The position numbers and the translations under genes were made by a program. The notes under the pieces are model-generated. The model saw only the letters and a list, made by a program, of their open reading frames with translations, was not told the DNA's origin and made no database searches. 64,000 nt of DNA from Deltaproteobacteria bacterium (GTDB taxonomy: Bacteria > Desulfobacterota > GWC2-55-46), in assembly GCA_015075075.1 (NCBI GenBank), contig JABTVA010000012.1, forward strand, positions 4,655 to 68,654. The letters are read 5' to 3'. Shown here piece after piece: positions 22,999 to 32,491 of the stretch (its first letter is position 1; each line of letters opens with the position of its first letter).

Positions 22999-23114
22999 CA
23001 GCTGCTCAAAATCCATCTGCTGCAGTTATCTCGTCGCTCGTCACTGCGACGTACATGAAGAGTACGATCGCTCCTCGCTCCTCGATGCCTTGCATCTGGA
23101 GCTTTTGAGCAGCT
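22999..23114 (+). mobile_element. Family B MITE, short copy 3 (between atpA and atpG)
   Basis: AGCTGCTCAAAA..TTTTGAGCAGCT ends, TTAA/TTAG flanks, GTCACTGCGACGTAC..GTACG core. Confidence 0.75.
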
Positions 23115-23134
23115 TTAGGTAATTCCAGGTCAAA

Positions 23135-24639
23135 TTACTTGCCTTCGGCCACGAACAGGCCCTTCAAGTCGTCGAGCGCCTTCCATTGAGCTTGGCCTAA
23201 GTCGTTGCGTCTATGGCCTTCTTGCGGTGCGTATCTCGTCGGTATCCGGGGTGCTGGACTCCTGAAGGCTATGAGCTCTTCCTCGTACCTCTTGAGGGCC
23301 GAGTTGGGGTAGGCGTCGACATAGCCGTTTGTGGCGGCGTAGATGACGAGCACTGCTTCTCGACCGGAAGGGCTTGTACTGGCCCTGCTTGAGTATCTCG
23401 ACGAGCTTGCCGCCCCTGTTGAGCTGCTTCTGGTGGCCGGCCGAGGTCGCTTCCAAACTGGGCGAATGCCGCGAGCTCCCTGTGACTGCGCAAGCTCCAA
23501 CCACGTACGTGCCTGCGACCGACTTCATGGCCTTTATCTGTGCGCTGCCGCCGACGCGGGGAAACCGAAAGCCCGACGTTGATGGCGGGCCTTATGCCAG
23601 TAGAAGAGGTGTCGGTCTCAGGAATATCTGGCCGTCGGTGATGGATATGACGTTCTCGTCGGATGTAGGCCGAGACGTCGCCCGCCTGCGTCTCGATTTA
23701 TCGGAGGGCCAAGAGACCCGCCGCCGAGCTCGTCGGAGAGCTTCGCGGCCTTCGAGGAGCCTGAGTGGAGGTGGAAGACGTCTCCGGTACGCCTCGCGGC
23801 CCGGGGCCGCGAGCAGGAGCGAGAGCTGCCTGTAGGCGACCGCGTGGCTTCGAGAGGGTCGCCGTAGATTAGAGGCGTGCATCCCGTTGTCCCGAAGTAC
23901 TTTTCGCCATGGCGCGGCCCGCGTACGGCGCTATGAACTGCAAGGGGGCAGGGGAGCTTGCAGTGGCGGCGACGATAACGGTGTAGTCCATTGCGCCGAA
24001 CTGCTTCAATTTTTCGGATATCTGGGCGACCGTCGACTGCTTCTGGCCGATGGCGACGTATATGCAGAAGACGTTCTGCCCTTTCTGGTTTATGATGGTG
24101 TCGATGGCGACGGCGGTCTTTCCGGTCTGGCGGTCGCCGATTATGAGCTCCCTCTGGCCCCTGCCGATGGGTATCATGGCGTCTATGGCCTTGATGCCGG
24201 TCTGGAGCGGCTCCTTGACGGATTTCCTCGCGACTATGCCCGGGGCCTTTATCTCGACCCTCCGCCTTTCGGAGGCCTCCAAGGGGCCCTTGTTGTCTAT
24301 GGGCTGCCCGAGGGCGTTTACGACCCTGCCCATGAGGCCCTTGCCGACCGGTACCTCGACTATCCTCCCGGTCCTCTTGACCGTCGAGCCTTCCTTTACC
24401 GTCTGGTCGCTTCCGAGGAGCGCCGCTCCGACGTTGTCCTCCTCGAGGTTCAGGACCATGCCCTGCAGGCCGCCCTGGAATTCGAGGAGTTCCCCGGCCA
24501 TCGCCTTCTCGAGGCCGTATATCCTCGCTATTCCGTCGCCGACCGATATGACGGTGCCGACTTCCTGTATGTCGATTTCCTTCTCAAACCCCTTTATCTG
24601 GGTCTTTATGAGCTGGCTTATTTCCTCTACCTTGATCAT
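23135..24639 (-). CDS. atpA: F1Fo ATP synthase alpha subunit (3' half frameshifted)
   Basis: [48 protein letters not shown]. Confidence 0.95.
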
Positions 24640-24642
24640 CTT

Positions 24643-25188
24643 CTAAACCACCCCTTCGAGTATTTTTTCCTTCATGAGTTCGAGCTGGGTCTTCAAGCTC
24701 CCGTCCAGGATGGTGTTCCCGATCTTGAGGACAAGCCCGCCCAGGAGGAGAGGGTTATGATTGCATGTGAGTACCACGTCCTTGCCGGTAAGCGAGGAGA
24801 GTTTCTTCCTTATCTCCTCGACGAGGGCCGGGGGAAGCTCGGTCGGAGAGTCCACCGAGGCCCGGATCCTCCCCGCGAGCCCGTCCTCGTAGGCCGAGTA
24901 CGCGGCTGTTATCTCGTCCAGGAACCTCAAGTTCCTGGTGCGGACGAGTATGCCGAGGAATTTGGCGACGTGTGGCGAGAGCCCGGCGGAGGCGGCCACG
25001 TTGTCCATAAGGGACAAGCGGTCCTCCAGCTTGTACATGGGGTTGAGGAGCGTTTTTTCGAGGTCGGGGTTCCCGCTGAATATCGCGAGCACCGAGCGGA
25101 GCTCCTTCCCGTACTGGTCCCAGGAGTTGTTTTCCCTTCCGACCTCTATGAGGGCCTTCGCGAACCTCTTGGACGCGGAACTCTTCAT
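24643..25188 (-). CDS. atpH: F1Fo ATP synthase delta subunit
   Basis: KRFAKAL, LLGGLVLKIG..ILDGSLKTQL. Confidence 0.9.
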   Translation of the reverse strand: MKSSASKRFAKALIEVGRENNSWDQYGKELRSVLAIFSGNPDLEKTLLNPMYKLEDRLSLMDNVAASAGLSPHVAKFLGILVRTRNLRFLDEITAAYSAYEDGLAGRIRASVDSPTELPPALVEEIRKKLSSLTGKDVVLTCNHNPLLLGGLVLKIGNTILDGSLKTQLELMKEKILEGVV

Positions 25189-26147
25189 CAGTTGATCCTC
25201 AGGTTGTTTAGGTATCCTTTAACGAGCCTGTCCTGGTCCGCGGGGGTGAACTCCTTCTTGAGTATCTCCTCGGCCAGCCCGACCGCGGCCCTGGCGGCCT
25301 CTTCGCGTATCTCGATCTTCGCCTTCTTTATTTCCTGCTCGGCGGCGGCCTTTGCCTGCTCCTTGAGCCTCTCGGCTGATTTCCCCGCCTCCGCTATTAT
25401 CCGTTCCCTCTCGGATTCGCCCTCTGCCCTGAGCTCGTTATGTATCTCCGCTATCCTCGCGTCAAGGAGGCCCAGCTTGGCCCTGTACTCCGCGGCCTTC
25501 CTCTCGGCCTCGTCCTTGGCTGCCTGGGCCTCTTCGATGGCGGTCTTTATCTCGGAGCTCCTTTTATCGAGGAGCTTGTTTACGACCTTCGTCCATACCA
25601 GGTAGACGCCGATCGCGAGCACGATGAAGTTGGCGACCTTCCAGACCATGCCGCTTCCGTTATCGCCCCCGCCGGCTGCGAAGGCAAAGGACGGCACAAG
25701 GAGGAATATCGCGATAAGCCCGGCAACGCTCCTGTCGAGCACCTTGCCGGCTATCTCCCTGGCAAGGCCCCTTGCCTCGGTCTTCAATCCGGCAAGCGCG
25801 CCCTGCCTGCTCGAATCGAGCTCCGTTCTTATCTTGGCGAGCTCGGCGGCGGCCTCGGCACGGGCGGCCTCGATTATCGCCTTCTCCCTGTCGACGCCTT
25901 CCTGCCTGAGCCTGCCCCTCTCCTCGTGCCCCTTAATGGCCGCTTCCTTGAGCCTCTTCTCATAGCCAAGTAGCCCGTCGGCGACCTCTTTCTCGGTCCC
26001 TGCGGCCTTCTTGAGGCTCCCGGCTACGCGCTCGTCCCGCTCCTTCAATATCCGCTGGACGGGCCTGTAAAGGAGCCTGTTGAGGATGATAAGTAGCACG
26101 AAAAAGCCGATTATCTGGAAAAGGAGGGTCTGGTCGAGTGATATCAT
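25188..26147 (-). CDS. atpF: Fused ATP synthase stator subunits b' and b
   Basis: Two tandem TM+coiled-coil b-type modules joined by hydrophobic linker ending SFAFA-AGGG. Confidence 0.85.
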   Translation of the reverse strand: MISLDQTLLFQIIGFFVLLIILNRLLYRPVQRILKERDERVAGSLKKAAGTEKEVADGLLGYEKRLKEAAIKGHEERGRLRQEGVDREKAIIEAARAEAAAELAKIRTELDSSRQGALAGLKTEARGLAREIAGKVLDRSVAGLIAIFLLVPSFAFAAGGGDNGSGMVWKVANFIVLAIGVYLVWTKVVNKLLDKRSSEIKTAIEEAQAAKDEAERKAAEYRAKLGLLDARIAEIHNELRAEGESERERIIAEAGKSAERLKEQAKAAAEQEIKKAKIEIREEAARAAVGLAEEILKKEFTPADQDRLVKGYLNNLRIN

Positions 26148-26581
26148 TTATATGCAAGCCTTTGGTTTTTTTGCACGGGCAACCGCTAAAAATCCTGGAA
26201 GTTGCCCACACTTCTTCCGTAAGCGCCCTGAACCGCAGGCCGCATGCGGGCCTTAAATTGTCCGGGGTGTGTGAAAGCCGATTTTTCAAAACTAAAACAG
26301 GGTATTGCTATCATATACAAAAGTTCATTGTCAAGCGATTTAATTTGCGAGCTTGAGCCGGGCCGCGCGCTGAAAAACATATGCGCCGGTACGCTTAACG
26401 CATGCGCGGCATCAAGAACCCGGCCATTGATAAAGGGGGATAAGGAGGAGATCGGAACGGCTGGCTGAGGGTCCTCATGAAACGTGCAGGGCCGCTACGC
26501 GGCCCTGCTATTCGGAGGGAATTCTAACACAGGAATGCGGAGCGATTCAATCCCTTTTCGCCGCCTGGCCCTCGATTATGG

Positions 26582-27319
26582 TCACGGCCCTATTCCGAGT
26601 ATCGTGACCGGGGTCTCGCTTTCGAAATCACGGAGGACCCGGCCTTCGGTATCCCCGCCCGGCGACTGGGCGCCGGGCTCTTCCGTTATGCCCGGGACGG
26701 TCTGGGTGACAGGCGGCGGCTGGACGATGGTTATCCCTGGCTCGAGCTCTCCCGGCGAGGGGAACGGAGGGAAAAGGAGAGCCGTTTCGGGAGGCACGTC
26801 TGCTGTCGGGGACGGCACATCAGGGAGTACTGGGGGCGTTTCGCTAAGCGCCCTCGGCGGCCCCAGGGACGGCTGTGGCGGAGTCTCAAACGGAGATATC
26901 CCGCCGGCAACCGGAGGCGGAAGGGGCGTCGTGGCCTGGGGTAGCTCTGTAGTGGCAGGCGGAAGAGGCGTGGTCGGTTGAGGGAGCTCGGTCGTGGCCG
27001 GAGGCAGCGGCGTTGTCGCCTGCGGTGTCCCGGGCGCGGCAGGTGGCAGCGGCGTTGTCGTCTGTGGAAGCTGTGTCGTCGGGGAAGGGACGGTTGTCGT
27101 GGGAGGAGGTATCGTCGTAGTGGGCGGAGGGGTCGCGGTAACCGGGGGCGGCGTCGTGGTTGTAGGAGGCGGCAAGGGTGTCGTTGCCTGAGGCGGCCCC
27201 AGGGACGGCGCCCCGGAAGGCGCTCCGGGCGCCGGGGCTGCCCCGACCTGTGCGGACGCTACACCTGCGGTTAAAAAGACGGAAAAGACGGCGGCGAGAG
27301 GTGCGGTCGTCTTCTTCAT
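26582..27319 (-). CDS. Secreted Pro/Thr-rich low-complexity protein
   Basis: RBS AGGAGG, signal peptide ending ASA, repeats of PQATTPLPP(A). Confidence 0.7.
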   Translation of the reverse strand: MKKTTAPLAAVFSVFLTAGVASAQVGAAPAPGAPSGAPSLGPPQATTPLPPPTTTTPPPVTATPPPTTTIPPPTTTVPSPTTQLPQTTTPLPPAAPGTPQATTPLPPATTELPQPTTPLPPATTELPQATTPLPPPVAGGISPFETPPQPSLGPPRALSETPPVLPDVPSPTADVPPETALLFPPFPSPGELEPGITIVQPPPVTQTVPGITEEPGAQSPGGDTEGRVLRDFESETPVTILGIGP

Positions 27320-27408
27320 GACAGTTTCCTCCTTTTCGGATAAAGTCGGATACTATCATCATAGTATGCACTAAAAAGAGCATTCCTTCAGAAGACCGGC
27401 GGGGCAGT

Positions 27409-27737
27409 TTACCGCATCCCCATCCTCTGCCGCATCGCGAGGTCCTGCTGGCGCGTTATGAGGAAATCCATCCTCTCGGAGAGCATCTCAAGCCTTTCCC
27501 TCGCATCGGGCGGCATCTCCTCGGCCTGCCCCATCAGGTCTATGAGCTCGCGGAGCGCCATAAGGGTCTCCTGCATGAGCTGCTCCCTTTCCATCGCAAG
27601 GAAGGGGTCGGCAGGCTGCCGGAACTCCTGGGGAGGAGGCAATTGCACGGGTATCGCGCGCCCGCCCGGGCCAGCCGATGCGGAATGCGCCGAAAGGAGC
27701 AGAAGCGAGGCAAGAAGCGGAAGCTAGGTCTTTTCAT
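27409..27737 (-). CDS. Small secreted Met-rich helical protein (one frameshift in signal peptide)
   Basis: RBS GGAGG, signal-like LASLLLLSAHSASA in frame with ORF 27409-27648; 10 Met in last ~65 aa. Confidence 0.55.
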
Positions 27738-27790
27738 GCTCGTCCTCCGCATGGTTTCCTCTCGACTATAGCAGGAACTTTCACGTCGCG

Positions 27791-30700
27791 TTAGGAGGGC
27801 GGCTTCTCGAACCAGGAGATACCCTTCATCTGGAGCCTCCTCCCTTTCCAGAAGGCATATATGACCGGGAGCACGAGCAATTCGAGGAGTACCGCCGTCA
27901 CCATTCCCCCGACCATTGGCGCCGCTATCCTCTTCATCACGTCGGCGCCCGTGCCCGCGCTCCACATTATCGGGAGGAGGCCGGCTATTATGGCCGTCGC
28001 GGTCATCACCTTGGGCCTGACCCTCATGACCGCGCCTTCCCTTATCGCCTCATAGAGGTCTGCGCGCGAATTCATCCTGCCTTCCAAGACCCGTTTCTCA
28101 TACGCGTGCTTGAGGTAGATGAGCATGATTATGCCGGTCTCGGCGTCGAGCCCCGCAAGCGCAAGGAACCCGACAGCCACGCCTATGCTGAAATTATAGT
28201 CCAGAAGGTAAAGCATCCATGTGGCCCCGATGAGGGAGAACGGGATGGCAAGCAGTATTATGAGGCACTCGGTAATGGACTTGAAGTTAAGGTAAAGGAG
28301 GAGGAAGATTATCCCGAGCGTAAGGGGCACTATGACCTTGAGCTTCTCATAGGCCCTTTCCATGTACTCGTACTGCCCCGACCATTCGGCGTAGTATCCG
28401 GACGGGAACTCGATTTTTCTCGCTATCGCCTCCTTTGCTTCTGCGACATAGCTCCCGATGTCCCTTCCCCTCACGTCCACGAATATCCAGTTGGTGAGGA
28501 GGGCGTTCTCTGTGCGCACCGTTGCCGGGCCCTTCCTGACCTCGATGAGCGCGACCTGGGATAGCGGCACGTGCTCACCCCCTCCGGTGGGCACGAGCAC
28601 GCGGCCGATCTTCACGATGTCGTCCCGGAGCTCGCGTTTGTACCTGACGTTAACCGGATATCTTTCAAGGCCCTCGACCGTGGTGGTCACGTTCTCGCCG
28701 CCCACGGCTGACATTATGACCTCCTGGATGTCCCCGATCCTCAGGCCGTACCTTGCGGCCTCCTCGCGCTTGATCTTTATGTCGAGGTAATAGCCTCCTA
28801 CCGCCCTTTCCGCGAAGGCGCTCGATGTGCCTGGCACCTCCCTTAGCGCCGCCTCGATGTCGAGAGAGAGCCTTTCGAGTTCGGCAAGGTCTTTTCCGAA
28901 CACCTTTACCCCCACCGGCGTCCTTATGCCGGTCGAGAGCATGTCTGTCCGGGCCTTTATGGGCATGGTCCATGCGTTTGTGACGCCGGGCATCTGGAGG
29001 GCCGCGTCAAGCTCCTCTACGAGCCTTTCCATGGTCATGCCTGGCCGCCATTCCTTCTCGGGCTTGAGGTTTATGACCGTCTCGAACATCTCGAACGGGG
29101 CCGGGTCGGTTGCGGTCTGCGCGCGACCGGCCTTTCCGAAGACGCTCTCCACCTCCGGGAAGCCCTTTATTATCCTGTTCTGGACCTGGAGCATCTCGGC
29201 GGATTTGGTTATTGATACGCCCGGCAAGGTCACGGGCATGTAGAAGAGCGTGCCCTCGTTCAGGGGCGGCATGAATTCGCTGCCGAGCCTCTTCATCGGG
29301 TAGAGGGTCGAAACCAGCGCAAGGAGCGCGACCGCTATGGTGAGCTTCTTGTGCCGGAGCACCTTTTGGATTGCCGGCCTGTACAGCCATATGAGGGACC
29401 TGGTTATTGGATTTTGCTCCTCCGGCCGTATCCTGCCCCTTATGAAGAAGCCCATGAGCACGGGGACCAGCGTTATGGAGAGGAGCGCGGCGGCCGCCAT
29501 GGCAAAGGTCTTCGTATACGCCAGCGGCTTAAAGAGCCTCCCTTCCTGCGCCTCGAGCGTGAAGATGGGCATGAAGGAGACCGTTATTATGAGTAGCGAG
29601 AAGAATAGCGCCGGCCCGACCTCCTTGGCCGCCTCGGTTATCATGCCCCAGTGGTCCCTGCCTTTTCCCTCCCCTTTCTCGATGTGCTTGTGGGCGTTCT
29701 CTATCATGACGATAGCGCCGTCTATCATCGCTCCGATGGCTATGGCGATGCCGCCGAGGCTCATGATGTTCGCGTTTATGCCCATGAGGTACATGACTAT
29801 GAAAGAGGCGAGTATGCCGACCGGCAGCATTATGATGGCTACGAGCGAGGACCTGAAGTGGAGGAGGAATATGATGCAGACGAGGGAGACCACTATCGAT
29901 TCCTCTATGAGCTTCTCCCGCAGGGTGTCTATTGCCCTGTATATGAGGTCGCTCCTGTCGTAGACGGCCCTTATCGTGACCCCGTCCGGGAGACCGGCCT
30001 CCAGCTCCTTAAGCTTCTCCTTTACGCCCTGTATGACGTCCAGCGCGTTCTCGCCGAAGCGCATGACCACTATGCCGCCGACCGCCTCGCCCTCTCCGTT
30101 AAGCTCGGCCAGCCCCCGCCTTTCGTCGGGCCCGAGCTCGACCCTTGCGACATCCCGTATCCTTATGGGCGTGCCGGTTCTGTCCACCTTGAGGACGATC
30201 TTCTCGATGTCCGGGATGCCCTCGATGTAGCCGAGGCCCCTTACCATGTACTCTCTCTCGGACATCTCGACGACCCTGCCTCCCACGTCGCGGTTGCTCA
30301 TCTCGACGGCCTTCATGACCTCGCCTATGGAGACGCCGTACGTAAGGAGCCTGTTCGGGTCGATATTTACCTGGTACTGCTTCACGAACCCGCCTATGGA
30401 GGCGACCTCGGAAACTCCCGGCACAGAGGTGAGCTGGTATCTTATGTACCAGTCCTGGATAGAGCGTAGCTCCGCGAGGCTCAAGCCCTTGCCCTCGACC
30501 GTGTACTCGTAGACCCATCCCACGCCCGTGGCGTCGGGCCCGAGCGACGGGGTCACGCCAGCCGGGAGCTTGCCCGAGGCGAAGTTCAGGTATTCAAGGA
30601 CCCGGCTCCTGGCCCAGTATATATCCGTGCCGTCCTCGAATATTACGTAGACGAACGAGACCCCGAAAAAAGAATAGCCCCTTACGGTCTTGGCCTTGGG

Positions 30701-30928
30701 CACGGCCAGCATGGCCGTGGTAAGGGGATACGTTACCTGGTCCTCCACGACCTGCGGGGCCTGCCCCGGGAATTCGGTGAAGATTATGACCTGCACGTCG
30801 GAAAGGTCGGGTATGGCGTCGATGGGCGTCCTTGAGACCGAATAGATGCCAAAGCCGACTACGAACGCGGTGAAAAGGAGGATGATAAGCCTGTTCTTTA
30901 CGGATATCTCGATTATCCTGCCAAGCAT
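27791..30928 (-). CDS. cusA: Heavy-metal efflux RND permease, CusA/SilA type
   Basis: DAIPDLSDVQVI, GPDATGVGW, Met triad FYMP / PFEMFET / WTMPI. Confidence 0.95.
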   Translation of the reverse strand: MLGRIIEISVKNRLIILLFTAFVVGFGIYSVSRTPIDAIPDLSDVQVIIFTEFPGQAPQVVEDQVTYPLTTAMLAVPKAKTVRGYSFFGVSFVYVIFEDGTDIYWARSRVLEYLNFASGKLPAGVTPSLGPDATGVGWVYEYTVEGKGLSLAELRSIQDWYIRYQLTSVPGVSEVASIGGFVKQYQVNIDPNRLLTYGVSIGEVMKAVEMSNRDVGGRVVEMSEREYMVRGLGYIEGIPDIEKIVLKVDRTGTPIRIRDVARVELGPDERRGLAELNGEGEAVGGIVVMRFGENALDVIQGVKEKLKELEAGLPDGVTIRAVYDRSDLIYRAIDTLREKLIEESIVVSLVCIIFLLHFRSSLVAIIMLPVGILASFIVMYLMGINANIMSLGGIAIAIGAMIDGAIVMIENAHKHIEKGEGKGRDHWGMITEAAKEVGPALFFSLLIITVSFMPIFTLEAQEGRLFKPLAYTKTFAMAAAALLSITLVPVLMGFFIRGRIRPEEQNPITRSLIWLYRPAIQKVLRHKKLTIAVALLALVSTLYPMKRLGSEFMPPLNEGTLFYMPVTLPGVSITKSAEMLQVQNRIIKGFPEVESVFGKAGRAQTATDPAPFEMFETVINLKPEKEWRPGMTMERLVEELDAALQMPGVTNAWTMPIKARTDMLSTGIRTPVGVKVFGKDLAELERLSLDIEAALREVPGTSSAFAERAVGGYYLDIKIKREEAARYGLRIGDIQEVIMSAVGGENVTTTVEGLERYPVNVRYKRELRDDIVKIGRVLVPTGGGEHVPLSQVALIEVRKGPATVRTENALLTNWIFVDVRGRDIGSYVAEAKEAIARKIEFPSGYYAEWSGQYEYMERAYEKLKVIVPLTLGIIFLLLYLNFKSITECLIILLAIPFSLIGATWMLYLLDYNFSIGVAVGFLALAGLDAETGIIMLIYLKHAYEKRVLEGRMNSRADLYEAIREGAVMRVRPKVMTATAIIAGLLPIMWSAGTGADVMKRIAAPMVGGMVTAVLLELLVLPVIYAFWKGRRLQMKGISWFEKPPS

Positions 30929-30930
30929 CT

Positions 30931-32460
30931 TCAGTGCCCCTCGTGCGAATCCATTGCTGCTCCGTGCCCTTCATGTCCGCCGGTCCCGCCAGGCGGGTGT
31001 CCGGCGTGCGGGCCTGCCCAGCCGTGGCCGGCATGGTCCGCGCCTGCGCCTTCAGCAACGCCCTCTCCGTCGGCACGGCCCGGACTCATGATGTGCCCGG
31101 AACTGTCGTCCTCGGTCTTTCCTGATGCGCCGCTACGCGGGCCCTCTTTCGAGGCGGGCGCTTCCTTCTTGACGGCGCTTCCGCCGTGGTCGTGCGCGCT
31201 CAACCCGGCGATTGCGGCCTTTAGCCTGCTTTCCGAGTCGATGAGGAAGTTGGCCTGGGTAACGACCCATTCTCCTTCGCTTACGCCTTGAAGCACCTGG
31301 AACCAGCCGTCGGCCTTTCCGCCGGTCTTTACTTCCCTGGGCTCGAAGGTCCCGTCCCGCCTGTCGACTATTACTATCTGCCTTTCGCCGGAATCGATTA
31401 CGGCGGAATCCGGCACGGCTACGGCGGACCGGGCTATTTCGGTTGAAAGCTCTACGTTCAGGTACATGCCCAATTTAAGCCGGTGGTCAGGGTTAGGGAG
31501 CTCGAAACGGATTTTCATCGTCCTTACTTCAGTGCCGGCCTCCTGCACGTATCTTATGGAGCCAAGGTGGCTGTATATGTGCTCTATCTTCCCGGCGTAG
31601 ATTTCTCCAGGCGAATAGGCGGGGGTGAGGGTCGCCTTCTGCCCCTTTTTTACGTAGGGCATCTCGTATTCGTATATTTCGCCGTAGACCCACACGGCAG
31701 AGTGGTCTATTATCTTGAAGAGGGGCTCTCCTGCATCTATCCTCTGCCCCTCGACGACCATCTTCTCGGTAACGCTCCCGCTCGAAGGGGCGCTTATGGT
31801 CATGGTCCTCATGACCTTCCCGGATTCCCTCAGGAGCTCAATCTGTTCCTCCGAGATGTCCCAGTATCTGAGGCGCTGCCCTGCGGCTTCGAGGAGGGCC
31901 CGGGCCCCGTTACGGACCTCGGGGTACGGGCTTCCCTTGACCTCTTCCGCGCCCTTCCACGCAAGGAGGTATTCCTCCTGCGCCGAGACGAGGTCGGGGC
32001 TGAAGAGCTCAAGGAGCTGCTGCCCCTTTCCGACCATCTGGTCCGTCCGGTCCACGTAAAGCCTCTCGACCCATCCGGGCACCTTCGCGTTTATGACGAA
32101 GACCCTGTTCTCCACCGGCTCGACCCTGCCCACGGTCCTTATGGTCCTCTCAAGCCTACGGCGGGCGGCCTCCTCCGACCTTACCCCTATGATCTGAAGC
32201 CGCTCCGGGCTTATCCTTACGGTGCCGGGGGCCTCGGGGGCATCGCCCTCGTACACCGGTATGTAGTCCATGCCCATCGAGTCCTTCATGGGCACCGGAG
32301 AGGTTATCTCCGGGTTCATGGGGTTCCGGTAGTAGAGGACCTTCCTTTCCGTCTCGGTACGGACCGGGACCTCGCCGGGCTTAAGGTGCCAGGCAAGCAG
32401 CCCGCCGGCTGCCAGGCCGAGCGCAAGAAAAACGATAGCTGCGGAATAAGGCTTCTTCAT
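30931..32460 (-). CDS. cusB: RND periplasmic adaptor CusB with N-terminal metal-binding motif and His-rich tail
   Basis: YYRNPMNP..KDSMGMDY, SPDLVSAQEEY, FLIDSESRL, His-rich C-terminus. Confidence 0.92.
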   Translation of the reverse strand: MKKPYSAAIVFLALGLAAGGLLAWHLKPGEVPVRTETERKVLYYRNPMNPEITSPVPMKDSMGMDYIPVYEGDAPEAPGTVRISPERLQIIGVRSEEAARRRLERTIRTVGRVEPVENRVFVINAKVPGWVERLYVDRTDQMVGKGQQLLELFSPDLVSAQEEYLLAWKGAEEVKGSPYPEVRNGARALLEAAGQRLRYWDISEEQIELLRESGKVMRTMTISAPSSGSVTEKMVVEGQRIDAGEPLFKIIDHSAVWVYGEIYEYEMPYVKKGQKATLTPAYSPGEIYAGKIEHIYSHLGSIRYVQEAGTEVRTMKIRFELPNPDHRLKLGMYLNVELSTEIARSAVAVPDSAVIDSGERQIVIVDRRDGTFEPREVKTGGKADGWFQVLQGVSEGEWVVTQANFLIDSESRLKAAIAGLSAHDHGGSAVKKEAPASKEGPRSGASGKTEDDSSGHIMSPGRADGEGVAEGAGADHAGHGWAGPHAGHPPGGTGGHEGHGAAMDSHEGH

Positions 32461-32491
32461 CCCTGTCTCCTTATGGTTCTTTCCAGTCCTG

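Noticed and set aside
19847-23900. F1 genes atpA/G/D/C as real pseudogenes replaced by the V/A-ATPase
   Set aside because: The same short indels hit folE2, folC, era, pdxJ, cdaA, the repressor and ftsH in patches, while catalytic motifs stay intact; this fits low-coverage long-read error
23887-25605. Long antisense or alternate-frame ORFs (also 16515-18068, 45268-46956, 51357-52700, 57640-58953)
   Set aside because: Shadows of well-supported genes in high-GC DNA
26900-27190. CRISPR-like or non-coding tandem repeats
   Set aside because: Repeats are codon-phased within a Pro/Thr-rich ORF and have no unique spacers
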